A stretch of DNA of 64,000 nt. Source: a virus. The notes under the pieces were generated by a model that ran no database searches, was not told the origin of the DNA, and saw only the letters and a list, made by a program, of their open reading frames with translations. The stretch's first letter is position 1. Each line of letters opens with the position of its first letter. Position numbers and translations under genes: made by a program. Below are positions 36,379-46,996 of this stretch, piece after piece. The stretch lies in IMG/VR virus record IMGVR_UViG_3300033153_009650, positions 25,130-89,129 of that record; one strand, written 5' to 3'.

Positions 36379-36396
36379 TAATGTTTGGTTGGTAAC

Positions 36397-36442
36397 TTTT
36401 TAACACAATAAAATTTAAATGAAGGAGGTAACTTAGTTATGG
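36397..36442 (+). repeat. 46-bp translation-initiation region identical to 36902-36947
   Basis: TTTTTAACACAATAAAATTTAAATGAAGGAGGTAACTTAGTTATGG occurs twice. Confidence 0.9.
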
Positions 36443-36891
36443 CAAGTAAAACGATTTTGTTAAAAGGAGATCCTCTGCGGAAGGAATATGAATGCGGAGG
36501 GACAATTACTCCAGGCCATCTTTGCAAACTGAATACCGACGGAGATGCGGTGGTTCATTCGGATGCGGGAAAAACAGCTTCTAAATTGTTTGCGATTGAG
36601 AACGCTCTTCAAGGAGACGAAATTGGAGATGATTATTCTGATGGCGATCGCGGTCAGTTTGTTGCTGCACGGCAAGGAGACGAGATTTATGCCTGGCTGG
36701 CAGATGGAGAAACAGCGGTTATTGAAAGCTATCTGGAGTCAGCGGGAGATGGAACTCTCCAAGTATATGCAGCCAGTTCTGCTGGAGCTGTTGAATATCC
36801 AAATAGCATCGTAGGTAAAGCTCTTGAAGCTTTGGATCTTTCAGCCTCGGCAATATCTGCTGCTGCCAGGATTAAAATCGAGGTCATGTAA
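36439..36891 (+). CDS. capsid decoration/cement protein
   Basis: ITPGHL, L.S.GDGTL motifs; lies between scaffold and MCP. Confidence 0.8.
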   Translation: MASKTILLKGDPLRKEYECGGTITPGHLCKLNTDGDAVVHSDAGKTASKLFAIENALQGDEIGDDYSDGDRGQFVAARQGDEIYAWLADGETAVIESYLESAGDGTLQVYAASSAGAVEYPNSIVGKALEALDLSASAISAAARIKIEVM

Positions 36892-36943
36892 ACAAGTTCA
36901 TTTTTTAACACAATAAAATTTAAATGAAGGAGGTAACTTAGTT

Positions 36944-37915
36944 ATGGATCTTATTTATAAAGGAAAGGCTGTTGGTGATGTGGCAATGAAATTGCTACAG
37001 TCAAATTTCAACATCAACGCTTTAAGAACAAATGATGTCTTGCTCTATGACGAATGGAAGGTTATTGATAAGGCGGTTTTAAAAGCGGCAACGCAAAGAC
37101 TGCTTGGTATTGGCGATCTTCAGAGTCGTGGACTGACATATGACATTCCAAATGGTCTGGCAAAGACGGTTTTGGCGTGGCAGGATTCGTCTGATCTTGA
37201 AGATGCATCCATGAGTATGGATGGTATTACCAGAGGTCAAAGAGATCGGCCGGAATTTGATATCAACTATATTCCTCTGCCAATTATCCATTATGATTTT
37301 TCTTACTCAGTTAGGGAAATTCAACAGAGCAGAGATGGTAGTATGCCTTTGGATACCACCACGTCAGAGTTGGCGGCAAGAAAGGTAATTGAGAAAGCCG
37401 AAACAATTTTATTCCAAGGCTCAAGTTCCTACAAGTTTGGCGGAGGAACCATTTATGGTTATCAGGATGCTCCCCAAAGGAATACCGGTAGCTTGACTGC
37501 TAATTGGGATGACAGTGCAGCTTCCGGAGCAACCATTCTGGCTGACGTTCTTGCCATGAAGCAGGCTTCCATAGATGCGTATCATTTCGGACCCTGGGTA
37601 CTTTATATTCCCACAAATTTTGAGTCGGCAATTGATGATGATTTCAAAGCCAATTCCGATAAGTCCATTCGGACAAGGTTACTTGAAATTGCAGGGTTGT
37701 CCGATATCAAAGTTGCAGACTTCTTGAGTTCCGATAATGTGGTTCTGGTGCAAATGACTACTGATGTTGTCAGGCTTGTTAATGGTCTGGCTATTACCAC
37801 AGTACAATGGGATTCTGAAGGTGGGATGCAAGCCAATTTTAAGGTTATGATGATCATGGTTCCTCAGATCCGTAATGACCAGAATAACAGGTCCGGTATT
37901 GTACACTATACCTAA
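36944..37915 (+). CDS. major capsid protein (HK97 fold, encapsulin-like family)
   Basis: L..DEW..ID.AV, PLPIIH.DF....R, GP.VLYIP, VLVQMT.DV. Confidence 0.88.
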   Translation: MDLIYKGKAVGDVAMKLLQSNFNINALRTNDVLLYDEWKVIDKAVLKAATQRLLGIGDLQSRGLTYDIPNGLAKTVLAWQDSSDLEDASMSMDGITRGQRDRPEFDINYIPLPIIHYDFSYSVREIQQSRDGSMPLDTTTSELAARKVIEKAETILFQGSSSYKFGGGTIYGYQDAPQRNTGSLTANWDDSAASGATILADVLAMKQASIDAYHFGPWVLYIPTNFESAIDDDFKANSDKSIRTRLLEIAGLSDIKVADFLSSDNVVLVQMTTDVVRLVNGLAITTVQWDSEGGMQANFKVMMIMVPQIRNDQNNRSGIVHYT

Positions 37916-37954
37916 ACAACGAAAACCCTTTAACCATAAGGGAGGTTTTATCTT

Positions 37955-38575
37955 ATGGCTTTATATAGATTAAAAAGAGGATGCGGACCTCATCGTAAAA
38001 AGGTTGAGGGCGTGATGAAGAAGCTCGTTCCTGGAGACGAAGTTGAATTGACTTCTCAAGAGGTTGTTGCGTTTAAAGATAAGTTCGAGCTTGTAGGCCC
38101 GCCGCCCCCAGATCCTGAAGATCAGATTCCTTTGGTTGGATTAACTCTTCAGCATCAAGGGGGAGGGAAGTACAATGTTTTTAATGAGGCAACAAAAGAG
38201 TTTATCAATGATGAACTTCTGACAAAGAAAGAGGCGGAATCTCTTATCTCTGATGTTGCTAAAGCAGAGGAAGGAATTGAACCGGGGAAAGATTCTGTGC
38301 TTGGCAAATTGCTTTTTAACCTTCGTAATAAAGAAGAGAAAGAAGATACTCCTAATCTTGACGAAGAGAATATGCCGGTAGATAAAGAAAATCAAGAACA
38401 AAAGAAAGACGAGGAGACGGTAGAAGATGGCCCGGAACCAAAAAATGATAAGGAAACAAAGAAGGATGAATCCACCAAAGTGGAAAGTCCCAAAGATTTG
38501 GCCGGGAAGAACCGTGTTCCTCGTAGGCGGAGGTCCGTCTCTAAAAAAGGTAAATCTAAGTCTAATAAAAAATGA
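37955..38575 (+). CDS. hypothetical virion-associated protein with charged low-complexity tail
   Basis: Follows MCP; H.GGG.YNV....N...L.K.EA. Confidence 0.65.
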   Translation: MALYRLKRGCGPHRKKVEGVMKKLVPGDEVELTSQEVVAFKDKFELVGPPPPDPEDQIPLVGLTLQHQGGGKYNVFNEATKEFINDELLTKKEAESLISDVAKAEEGIEPGKDSVLGKLLFNLRNKEEKEDTPNLDEENMPVDKENQEQKKDEETVEDGPEPKNDKETKKDESTKVESPKDLAGKNRVPRRRRSVSKKGKSKSNKK

Positions 38576-39089
38576 AAGAGTGATAGGTATTAATAACGCC
38601 TATCAATTAGGATCTTGGGTAGATGTGTGTTGGTTTACCGATTCAAGATGGTTCGATTGGCATAAAGAGAAACTTCTTAATTTTGCTGGTTTGAAAGTCC
38701 ACTGTGTCAATCGTCTAAAATATGTTGGTTGGCTTAAACGTTTGCTTAGAGGGAAACCAATGGGAATAGAAAAGAATCCCGGAGTAGTTTCCTGGAATAA
38801 ATGTAGTGGATCAAGTGCAATAAATCTTGCATATCATTTTGGGGCTAAGAGAGTTGTATTGATCGGGTATGATATGCAACGGGTAGACGATGAAGCCAAC
38901 TGGCACAGCGACCATCCATATCCCAAGAAAGATCCTTATGATAATTTCTTAAAATGTTTTCCATCGATTGCTAAAGACGCCGAGGAGTTAGGGCTTGAGA
39001 TCATTAACGCGACTCCCGGGAGCTTAATTGATGTTTTTCCAATTACGACATTAGAGGAGGCTATCCATGCAAGCAATGTCTCAACATAA
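38466..39089 (+). CDS. MptE/Maf-like nucleotide-sugar transferase-type protein
   Basis: GGGPSL, IGINNA, D.RW, SG..AINLA...GA..V.L.GYD, INAT; start uncertain (38427 or 38466). Confidence 0.75.
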   Translation: MNPPKWKVPKIWPGRTVFLVGGGPSLKKVNLSLIKNERVIGINNAYQLGSWVDVCWFTDSRWFDWHKEKLLNFAGLKVHCVNRLKYVGWLKRLLRGKPMGIEKNPGVVSWNKCSGSSAINLAYHFGAKRVVLIGYDMQRVDDEANWHSDHPYPKKDPYDNFLKCFPSIAKDAEELGLEIINATPGSLIDVFPITTLEEAIHASNVST

Positions 39090-39372
39090 GTATGAACCAA
39101 AACAAATTGCTACAATGGTCCCAGAAGGTAAGGAAGAACAGCTTAAAAACTTTCGATTGAAACAAGGGAACAGAGTATCCGTGAGAAATGAATGGGCAAG
39201 TGGCTCAATTTAAAGCTATTGCAGTTAGACCAAATGGTAAAATAACATTGAAAATGCTTGGATTTGTAAGAAAGAAACATCCAAAATAACAGTTTCTTTT
39301 TAAAAACCTATATACTGATATAGATTATGCGGAGAAGATTGATTGTAGACAGTATTTCATAAGGATTTCGCT

Positions 39373-41325
39373 ATGAAAATAGGTTGGTTTATTGAAGAAA
39401 ATAATTTAGTTGCCGAAGCTCTCATGCAAGAAATGGAAAAGGATGAACATTTGATCAATGAGATGGGAGAAATTACCATCGTCTTGTCTATTGATCAATT
39501 TAATTATCCAGAAGAAAAATCTGTTCAAAGGAAAAGAACTCCAAGAAAAAAGGTTCTAAGAATAAAAGAAAAAGAGATCGAAGATATTCCAATAAGTATA
39601 GCAATGACTAACTATAATCATGAGCGATATATCAAGGCGGCAATCAAGAGTGTTGTTAAGCAAACTCATAAAAATTGGGAATTAATTATAGTAGAAGACA
39701 ATTCTACTGATGGATCTCTTCAGGCTATTGAAGAATGTATTGTTAAATGTGGAATAGAAAAAAAGGTTAATGTAATTAAGCATGATCAGAATAAAGGTTA
39801 TGGAGCAAGTTTAGGAGAGTCAATTACGGCTGCTACAAATGACTTGGTCGTTATCCTTGATTCAGATGATGCTTTATATACTAATACAGTTTTTCAGACG
39901 TGTATTAACACTCATCAAAACCATCCAGAAGCTTCAATGACATATAGTAATTTTATAGTTTGCCACGATGATTTGAAAATGAAGATAGATAAAAAAGGAA
40001 AACCTCTTCAAACAAAGTCAAGACAAATCGAGGAGGGAGAAGATTGGTTAGATCGTTCTCCAAAAACAGGAGAAGTCCTTAGAACAAATTTGCCAATCAG
40101 TCATCTAAAAGTATTAAAACGAAAATTTTATGATTTGACAGAAGGCATAGACCCTGCTCTTAAAAAGACAGTAGATAAAGATTTGGTTTTAAAATTAGAG
40201 GAAGTAGGAAAACTTATTTACATAGACAAGCCTTTATTATTATATCGAAAGCATACAGGTTCTATGAATGCGGTTTATCATCGTTCCAGTACAAAAGACA
40301 AACAGAAAATCATAAATGCTCGACATCAAATATTTAATAGTACTTTGAAGAGAAGGGCTAAACAGAAAGAAACTAATTTATGTATATTTATTGATGGGTC
40401 AAGAAGAAATGCGATAAGAAGAATGTTTTCTTACTGGAGATCTCAAGGGGCTGTTTTAGTCGCTCATCCAACGGAGGCTAATGTCCAATTTTCTACAGCA
40501 AGAAAATCTATCAAATCTAATTTGCCAACACTATTACGATTGGATGGAATTTATTACGACAAGGATTTGGACTATAGAATAAAAAATGAGGGCATTAGTC
40601 AGTCACATTCTTTTGTAGAAGCCATTGTGTATCAAAGCGATTGCTCTCGATCAATGTGTGAAAGGTATCTTCTTGAAAGGAAAACAAATTATCATCAAAT
40701 AATACATAATGGGGTTGATAAATCAAATTGGTATAATCCGGCCGATCATGAGGGAATTAATGTTGTTTCCTGTTCTAAGTGGCGTAGGATAAAAAGATTG
40801 CCTGAGATGATTGAGATATTTAAGGCGTTCCGAAAAGTTTATCCTGAAGCAAAGCTTCATATAATAGGGGAAATGGCCAGAGGAGGAAAGAAAATCTCTT
40901 CTGAGAATGTCATTTATTATGGATCTCAATCATTAGAAAAAATTAAAGAAATATATCGAACTGGAGATATAGCCTTGCATTTATGTAAAAAAGATTCTTG
41001 CCCAAGTAATGTTCCTGAATCAATAGCTGCCGGAATACCTGTTGTCACCACTAATCTTTGTGGAGGGGCAACGGAAATGTGCGAGCTTGTAGAAGGGTGT
41101 AAGATTGTCTATGAAGGGGAACAAGATTTTAAACCAGATTATATCTATCGAGATTCTTATAATGAAATGTCAAAGAAGACAGAAGAAAGTTTTGTAGAAG
41201 CAATGGTTAGTATTATACAGAATAAAATTCGAGTAGAATTACCAGAACAACTATCAATTGAATATGTCGCTCAAAAGTATTTAACAATGATGGAGGGAAT
41301 ATGTCAAAAAAAAGCTATAAACTAA
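39373..41325 (+). CDS. GT2 plus GT4 glycosyltransferase fusion
   Basis: YNHERYI..AI.SV..QT, EDNSTDG, LDSDD; IHNGVD, DSCPSNVPESIAAGIPVV. Confidence 0.9.
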   Translation: MKIGWFIEENNLVAEALMQEMEKDEHLINEMGEITIVLSIDQFNYPEEKSVQRKRTPRKKVLRIKEKEIEDIPISIAMTNYNHERYIKAAIKSVVKQTHKNWELIIVEDNSTDGSLQAIEECIVKCGIEKKVNVIKHDQNKGYGASLGESITAATNDLVVILDSDDALYTNTVFQTCINTHQNHPEASMTYSNFIVCHDDLKMKIDKKGKPLQTKSRQIEEGEDWLDRSPKTGEVLRTNLPISHLKVLKRKFYDLTEGIDPALKKTVDKDLVLKLEEVGKLIYIDKPLLLYRKHTGSMNAVYHRSSTKDKQKIINARHQIFNSTLKRRAKQKETNLCIFIDGSRRNAIRRMFSYWRSQGAVLVAHPTEANVQFSTARKSIKSNLPTLLRLDGIYYDKDLDYRIKNEGISQSHSFVEAIVYQSDCSRSMCERYLLERKTNYHQIIHNGVDKSNWYNPADHEGINVVSCSKWRRIKRLPEMIEIFKAFRKVYPEAKLHIIGEMARGGKKISSENVIYYGSQSLEKIKEIYRTGDIALHLCKKDSCPSNVPESIAAGIPVVTTNLCGGATEMCELVEGCKIVYEGEQDFKPDYIYRDSYNEMSKKTEESFVEAMVSIIQNKIRVELPEQLSIEYVAQKYLTMMEGICQKKAIN

Positions 41326-42137
41326 CAGAAGAACATAAAAAGAAAATATCCTTAGCCCGTATTAATAAAAAACTCTCCGAGATTACTAAGGAAAAAATGT
41401 CATTATCAAAGTCAGGTAAAAGTAATCCTATGTATGGTAGAAAACATTCTGAAGAAACAAAAAAGAAAATATCTCTGTCGAGTTTAGGTAAAAAGTTTTC
41501 TATGGAAACAAGAAGAAAAATATCTTTGTCCAGTAAAGGACGTATTGGGTATAAACACTCTGAGAAAGCAAGGAAAGCAATGTCTATTGCCCGTATTGGT
41601 ATGAAGCTTTCAGAGGAAACAAAACAAAAAATGTCTGAACTACATAAGGGGCAAAAATCTTGGAATAAAGGCAAAAAGATGTCAAAAGAATTTAGGGCTG
41701 CAGTTTCTAAATCCAGGGTAGGAAAGAAACATTCTGGAGAGACAAAAAGAAAAATATCAATTGGCCAAAAGGGGAAGATAGTGTCAGAAGAAACCAAGAA
41801 GAAGCTGTCCGTTGCTAATTCTGGTATAAATCATTCTAATTGGAAAGGTGGAATATCCTGTGAGCCTTATTGTGATGTTTGGTTAGATAAAGAGTTTAAA
41901 GAATCTATCAAAGCAAGAGATAACTATAAATGCCAAAATCCTGATTGTTGGGGTAATTGCAATCACTTGTCTTTAGGAATTCATCATATTAATTATATTA
42001 AAAAAGATTGTCGCCCTAACAATTTGATAACTTTATGTCTTAGTTGTAATTTTAGAGCAAATTTTAACAGAGATTATTGGGAAGAATTTTATAGGGATGT
42101 TATATTATTAAAAAGGAAAAATTGTCAAGCTAATTAG
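41301..42137 (+). CDS. NUMOD3-repeat HNH homing endonuclease
   Basis: HSEETK.KIS repeats; WKGG, RD.YKC, HHI, NLITLC..C. Confidence 0.9.
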   Translation: MSKKSYKLTEEHKKKISLARINKKLSEITKEKMSLSKSGKSNPMYGRKHSEETKKKISLSSLGKKFSMETRRKISLSSKGRIGYKHSEKARKAMSIARIGMKLSEETKQKMSELHKGQKSWNKGKKMSKEFRAAVSKSRVGKKHSGETKRKISIGQKGKIVSEETKKKLSVANSGINHSNWKGGISCEPYCDVWLDKEFKESIKARDNYKCQNPDCWGNCNHLSLGIHHINYIKKDCRPNNLITLCLSCNFRANFNRDYWEEFYRDVILLKRKNCQAN

Positions 42138-42149
42138 GAGCAATAAAAC

Positions 42150-42878
42150 ATGGAAGTTCATAGGGAAGAAGAATTTATACTTGAGAAATTTAAACAAGGT
42201 TATTCCATGGCTCGTTATGGTGATGGAGAATTTAAAATAATGCGGGGCTCATCTATAACAAATATGCAGGTATATGATGTAGGATTAGAACAAGGACTTT
42301 TGAAGGTATTTGAAAAACCTTTAGAAAAATTACTTATAGGAATACCCGACCCTCTTTGCACAAGGTCCTATGTTGAAGGTTTTCATAAAAAATTCGACAA
42401 ATTTATTTTGGACAAGGCGGCGAAAGAAGAAAGTATTTTTGTTTCAGCCTTTTTCTCGCGCCCAAGTTTAGTCAATTTAGACTCTGAAGAATATTTTGAT
42501 AAGATAAAAAATATTTGGAAAGATAGAGAGGTCGTTCTTGTTAATTCCAAACCCGATCTTCCTAATCATTTTTTATTTAGAGATAGTATTTGTGAGTTTG
42601 TGGAAATCTCTCCGAGGAATTGTTTTTTGAATTATGAACAAATCTTGTATGCCTGTTATCAATTCTTTGGAGAAAATAAAATATTTATTCTTTCGGCGGG
42701 GCCGGTAGCTACTTGTCTTGCTTATGATATATGTCTTGAAGGAGAACAAGCTCTCGATATGGGAGCGATTGCTTTTGAATATAGTTTATTTAAGAAAGAA
42801 CCCCATCCGGAGAAGTGGAGTTATCAGGATGCATACAAAATAAAACGTGGATATTTACGGGGAATAAATGATGAGTGA
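42150..42878 (+). CDS. GT-D fold (DUF1792) glycosyltransferase
   Basis: SMARYGDGE, IWKDR, SAGP.A..LA, QALDMG. Confidence 0.85.
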   Translation: MEVHREEEFILEKFKQGYSMARYGDGEFKIMRGSSITNMQVYDVGLEQGLLKVFEKPLEKLLIGIPDPLCTRSYVEGFHKKFDKFILDKAAKEESIFVSAFFSRPSLVNLDSEEYFDKIKNIWKDREVVLVNSKPDLPNHFLFRDSICEFVEISPRNCFLNYEQILYACYQFFGENKIFILSAGPVATCLAYDICLEGEQALDMGAIAFEYSLFKKEPHPEKWSYQDAYKIKRGYLRGINDE

Positions 42879-43650
42879 AAAAGAATCAAAATTAGAAGAA
42901 TTAAAAACTGTCCAGAAACGGTTGAAAGAAGAAGTCAAAAAATTAGAGGGGAGTGAAAAGTGGAAAAGGCTGAAGGTATTGGAAAGTTCTATAAAATCGA
43001 AATTGAAAAAAATAGAAAGAGTAGAAAGGGAGAAGAAATTTCAAGGATTGAATGATATAAAAGTCAATATCATTCATACAAAAGAAGGATTACAACGAAG
43101 AGTAGAAGACGGTATTGTTATGAACGAAGGCAATTTTGTTCGGTTGTTGAATGCCTTTATGTACTTTACAGATTGTGCGAATAAGGATCTTCCTCTTTTA
43201 GATATTGGTACACGAGAAGGATGGTTTTTAGAGTTCTTGATAAAAGCAGGATATAAAGATGTCCAGGCCATAGAGATCTGTCAAGAGGGAGTTGATCAGG
43301 TAAAGGCTAAGGGGTTAAGATGCACAAAAATGGATGTGCAAAAAATGCCATTTCAAAATCTGTTTGGAACTATTACTGCGATTCATGTTTTGGAGCATTG
43401 TTCAAATCCACAAATTGCGGTTCATAATATCTATAACGCTTTGATGAGGGAAGGTATTCTCTATATTGAAATTCCATTAGAGTCAGATGCTAATCCTAAT
43501 AAATCAGCCCATTTTAGTAGCTTTCCAAGGAAGGAAATCTTGTTTAGTTTATTTGATGCCCGGTGGTCATTGTTGAAGAATGAAGTTGTTAATATGAATA
43601 ACACAGGAACTAAAAGAAATCTTCGAAGTGTTTTTAGAAAGGCTTACTAA
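42868..43650 (+). CDS. class I SAM methyltransferase with N-terminal coiled coil
   Basis: LDIGTREG, HVLEH, G.LYIEIP. Confidence 0.85.
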   Translation: MMSEKESKLEELKTVQKRLKEEVKKLEGSEKWKRLKVLESSIKSKLKKIERVEREKKFQGLNDIKVNIIHTKEGLQRRVEDGIVMNEGNFVRLLNAFMYFTDCANKDLPLLDIGTREGWFLEFLIKAGYKDVQAIEICQEGVDQVKAKGLRCTKMDVQKMPFQNLFGTITAIHVLEHCSNPQIAVHNIYNALMREGILYIEIPLESDANPNKSAHFSSFPRKEILFSLFDARWSLLKNEVVNMNNTGTKRNLRSVFRKAY

Positions 43651-44390
43651 TGAAAATTTGTTTACTTAAATTTAAAAGTGCTTCGGCTCGCATTACAAAT
43701 AGCATTATGGAAAATTCTTTAATGGATTTAGGGCATAAACTGGTTGAACATTCTAAAGCAGAGATTGTGATTGGGATAAGAAATTTCTTTGAAATAGATA
43801 AGAAGTATTCGGATAAGAAATACATTTTGTTACAAACAGAAGGATATAAAAATAAGGCCGCTCAGGTAGAATCCTTTTATTCTTTTGGCCCTGATGAGAT
43901 TTGGGGGTTTGATATTGAAAACGAAAGAGAAAAATATACTCCTCTTGGATATCATCCTTGTTTACTTTTTGAATCCTTTTTGCCAGAAGATGTCGATGTT
44001 GGGTTTATGGGTTGGCATAGAGGAAGGAGAGAGGCTTGGAGAAATAAGGTTAGAAATAAATGGGCCATTCTGAATTCTCATGAGGATAAACTCCGGGGCG
44101 AAAATATCTCGCGAGCAAGAATAAATTTGAACCTTCATTTCAGCGATGGAGTAACGATTACAGAATGGACTCGGACGGCTTACTTTCTTGCAAATGAACA
44201 GTTCTTTATTAGTGAAGAAGTTTATTGTCCGATTGTTGTGCCCCAATTTAACAGTATTGAATCTTATGATGGATTGGTTGATTTTTATTTGTCTCATCCA
44301 AAAGAAAGAAAGAAGAGAGCTCGGGAAATGACTAAGGAATATCGAACCAACTTTGACATGAGAAATATTTTGAAGGAGAGAGGATTGTAG
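43650..44390 (+). CDS. GT-B glycosyltransferase-like protein
   Basis: DVGFMG....RR, RARINLNLH, E..R..Y.LAN..F.ISE. Confidence 0.7.
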   Translation: MKICLLKFKSASARITNSIMENSLMDLGHKLVEHSKAEIVIGIRNFFEIDKKYSDKKYILLQTEGYKNKAAQVESFYSFGPDEIWGFDIENEREKYTPLGYHPCLLFESFLPEDVDVGFMGWHRGRREAWRNKVRNKWAILNSHEDKLRGENISRARINLNLHFSDGVTITEWTRTAYFLANEQFFISEEVYCPIVVPQFNSIESYDGLVDFYLSHPKERKKRAREMTKEYRTNFDMRNILKERGL

Positions 44391-45358
44391 TGGAACTAAA
44401 TAGTACAGATAAGAAAGTTTTATATCACCTAAAAGATTTTGAAGATCTTTTGGAAGGGAAGTTTGTGTTTCCCATAACCTGTGAAATCGATCCTTCAAAT
44501 AGGTGCATGTTGTCCTGTTCCTTTTGTTTGTTTAAAGATAGGTTGAAAGATTGTCAGGTAGATTTGGATTGGGATGTTTATTGTAATTTAATACAAGAAC
44601 TCAAACGGGGAGGGACTAAGTCTGTCACTTTTACTGGGGGCGGAGAACCTCTTTTGAATCCTCGTTTTAATGATATGGTAAAGCTTGCCTGTGATATGGG
44701 ATTTCAAATTGGTTTAATTACTAATGGAGTCTTGTTAGATCGAGTTAATTGTTTAGATTCTTTTTATTTTATAAGGATATCTTTGGATGCGGCAACGGCA
44801 GAAACTTATAAAAAGATAAAAGGGAAACCAATGTTTTATGAAGTTTTAGCTAATGTTGACAGGGCTGTTATTAGGACGAAGGGTTCTGATAAGACAGTTA
44901 TTGGTTTATCGTTTGTAGTTTGTGAACAGAATAAAAAAGAGGTTGAAAAGATGCCTCAATTAGCAAAGGATTTTGGAGTTAATTATTTACAGATTAAACC
45001 AGCTTGGATAGATGGAGATATTTTCAATGGTTACGAAGATGTTTTAGGACAAGAGAATGTAATTTTAATGAGGAGGCAGAAAGCAAGAGATCATTCTTCT
45101 TGTCAAATTGCAGGATATGTTGGAATAGTTAATGCTGATGGGAGCGTTTATTTTTGTTGTCAACATCGAGGGAATCCTTATTTTCAGTTGGGCTTTTTAC
45201 AAGATGCTCCGTTTTTGGATTTGTGGAAGAAAAGAAAAAATCTTCAACCGGATATAACAAAATGTCCAATGTGCCGTTATACAAATTACCTTCATGCTTA
45301 TAGAAGGGTGACGGGAACGGAAGAGTTTTCGTTTTTTGAACACAAGAATTTTTTGTAG
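44390..45358 (+). CDS. radical SAM/SPASM protein
   Basis: CMLSCSFC, FTGGGEP, ITNG, ADG.VYFCC, CPMCR. Confidence 0.9.
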   Translation: MELNSTDKKVLYHLKDFEDLLEGKFVFPITCEIDPSNRCMLSCSFCLFKDRLKDCQVDLDWDVYCNLIQELKRGGTKSVTFTGGGEPLLNPRFNDMVKLACDMGFQIGLITNGVLLDRVNCLDSFYFIRISLDAATAETYKKIKGKPMFYEVLANVDRAVIRTKGSDKTVIGLSFVVCEQNKKEVEKMPQLAKDFGVNYLQIKPAWIDGDIFNGYEDVLGQENVILMRRQKARDHSSCQIAGYVGIVNADGSVYFCCQHRGNPYFQLGFLQDAPFLDLWKKRKNLQPDITKCPMCRYTNYLHAYRRVTGTEEFSFFEHKNFL

Positions 45359-45370
45359 GAGAGAATAACC

Positions 45371-46387
45371 ATGGAAATATTCAAAGACAAAATAGTTTTA
45401 GTTACAGGCGGGACAGGTTCCCTTGGCAAGGTACTCGTGAAACGTGTATTGTCTGGAGAAGAAGGAATGCCTAAAAAGGTTGTCGTCTTTTCGAGAGACG
45501 AGGCAAAACAACATTATATGAGAACAGAATACTATCATGATATAGCGCCTGCCTCTGACCGGCTTGAATTTGTAATTGGAGACATTCGTAATTATGCCAG
45601 TGTTTGTTCTGTCATAAAAAATGTCGACATCATTATTAATACAGCAGCATTGAAACAAGTTCCTGTCTGTGAATATTTTCCAGAGCAGGCGGTATTAACT
45701 AATTGTATGGGAGTTCAAAATATAATTCGAGCTATTAATGAAAATGACTATCCAGTTGAGACGGTTATTATTATTAGTACAGATAAAGCATGTAAGCCCG
45801 TGAATGTTATGGGTATGACAAAAGCAATTCAAGAGCGCATGGCTATTGTGGCAAACATCGCAAATCCTGGTACTCGTTTTATCTGTGTTAGGTATGGGAA
45901 TATTATATCCAAACTTTCTGTTGGTTCTGTAATTCCTATTTTTCAACAACAAATCAAAGAAAGGGGGCCTGTTACTGTTACATCTTTAGAAATGACTCGT
46001 TTCATGTTTACTATGGATCAAGCGGTTGATATTGTATATGCCGCTATAAGAGAGGGCTTATCTGGAGAGGTTTATATTCCTATACTTATTTCATTTAAAA
46101 TGATTGATGTTGCCAGGGCAATGATTGACTCGAAGGAATGTGAGATTAAAATAACTGGGATACGGCCCGGAGAAAAAGTTCATGAGATTATAATTTCTGA
46201 AGATGAGTATATACGGGTTTTGAAAAGAGGAGATTATTATGTAATCGCTCCAATGTTGCCAGAACTTTCCAATACTGATAATGAGGAGAAAAACATTCTA
46301 ACGGGAGAGTATAATTCTGCTAATGTTCTTATTGACTTTCAGGAAACGAAAGACTTGTTAAAGAAATATAATCTTTTACCTGAGTGA
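45371..46387 (+). CDS. UDP-sugar 4,6-dehydratase (PseB/CapD family)
   Basis: TGGTGSLG, FSRDE.KQ, AALKQVP, STDKA..P, VRYGN, GIRPGEK. Confidence 0.93.
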   Translation: MEIFKDKIVLVTGGTGSLGKVLVKRVLSGEEGMPKKVVVFSRDEAKQHYMRTEYYHDIAPASDRLEFVIGDIRNYASVCSVIKNVDIIINTAALKQVPVCEYFPEQAVLTNCMGVQNIIRAINENDYPVETVIIISTDKACKPVNVMGMTKAIQERMAIVANIANPGTRFICVRYGNIISKLSVGSVIPIFQQQIKERGPVTVTSLEMTRFMFTMDQAVDIVYAAIREGLSGEVYIPILISFKMIDVARAMIDSKECEIKITGIRPGEKVHEIIISEDEYIRVLKRGDYYVIAPMLPELSNTDNEEKNILTGEYNSANVLIDFQETKDLLKKYNLLPE

Positions 46388-46399
46388 GAGAGGCTTGTA

Positions 46400-46996
46400 A
46401 TGAAGAATTTGGTGATAGCTCCGCATGTTGATGATGAAGTTTTAGGTTGTGGAGGTATTTTGAATAAAGACTTTCATGTTGTCTTTTGCGGAATGCAAGA
46501 ATATCATATTCTGCCTGCCGTAGAAAGATATGAGGAGCTAAAATCTGTAGCTGATTATTTAGGATTTACTTGGCGTATGTTGACTATTGATAAAGTGAAT
46601 TATTATAGGAAACAGAATTATATAGATCTTCTTCAAGATATAATCAATGAGGGAAGACCGGACAAGATTTTTATTCCTTATCCTTCTTACAACCAGGATC
46701 ATCAAGCTATTTATAAGGCTTGTATGATAGCTCTTAGACCCCATGATAAAAATCATTTTGTAAAGAAAGTTCTTATGTGCGAATCGACTGATTGTAATTG
46801 GGGTTGCGCTCCTTATGAAATAAACCATCTTGTTAAGATTGATATAAATCGAAAACTTAAAGCTTACTATTTATATGGTTCCCAGGTAAGGAGACATCGT
46901 TCTCCAGATTATATAGAAGCAATAGCGGTTACAAGGGGGCAAATGATGGGAGAATCATATGCAGAGGGGTATATCATAAAACGATGGATAGAATAG
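46400..46996 (+). CDS. PIG-L family deacetylase
   Basis: APHVDDE.LGCGG, QDH, Y.SQ. Confidence 0.9.
   Translation: MKNLVIAPHVDDEVLGCGGILNKDFHVVFCGMQEYHILPAVERYEELKSVADYLGFTWRMLTIDKVNYYRKQNYIDLLQDIINEGRPDKIFIPYPSYNQDHQAIYKACMIALRPHDKNHFVKKVLMCESTDCNWGCAPYEINHLVKIDINRKLKAYYLYGSQVRRHRSPDYIEAIAVTRGQMMGESYAEGYIIKRWIE

Noticed and set aside
36944-37915. Encapsulin nanocompartment
   Set aside because: Context (terminase, portal, protease, tail) shows it is the phage major capsid protein.
38466-38575. Arg/Lys-rich tail of the 37955 product as a functional nucleic-acid-binding peptide
   Set aside because: It is the alternate-frame reading of the next gene's conserved GGGPSL region, so probably incidental.
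41315-41797. 160-aa antisense ORF
   Set aside because: Mirror of the NUMOD3 repeats; no RBS or recognisable motif.
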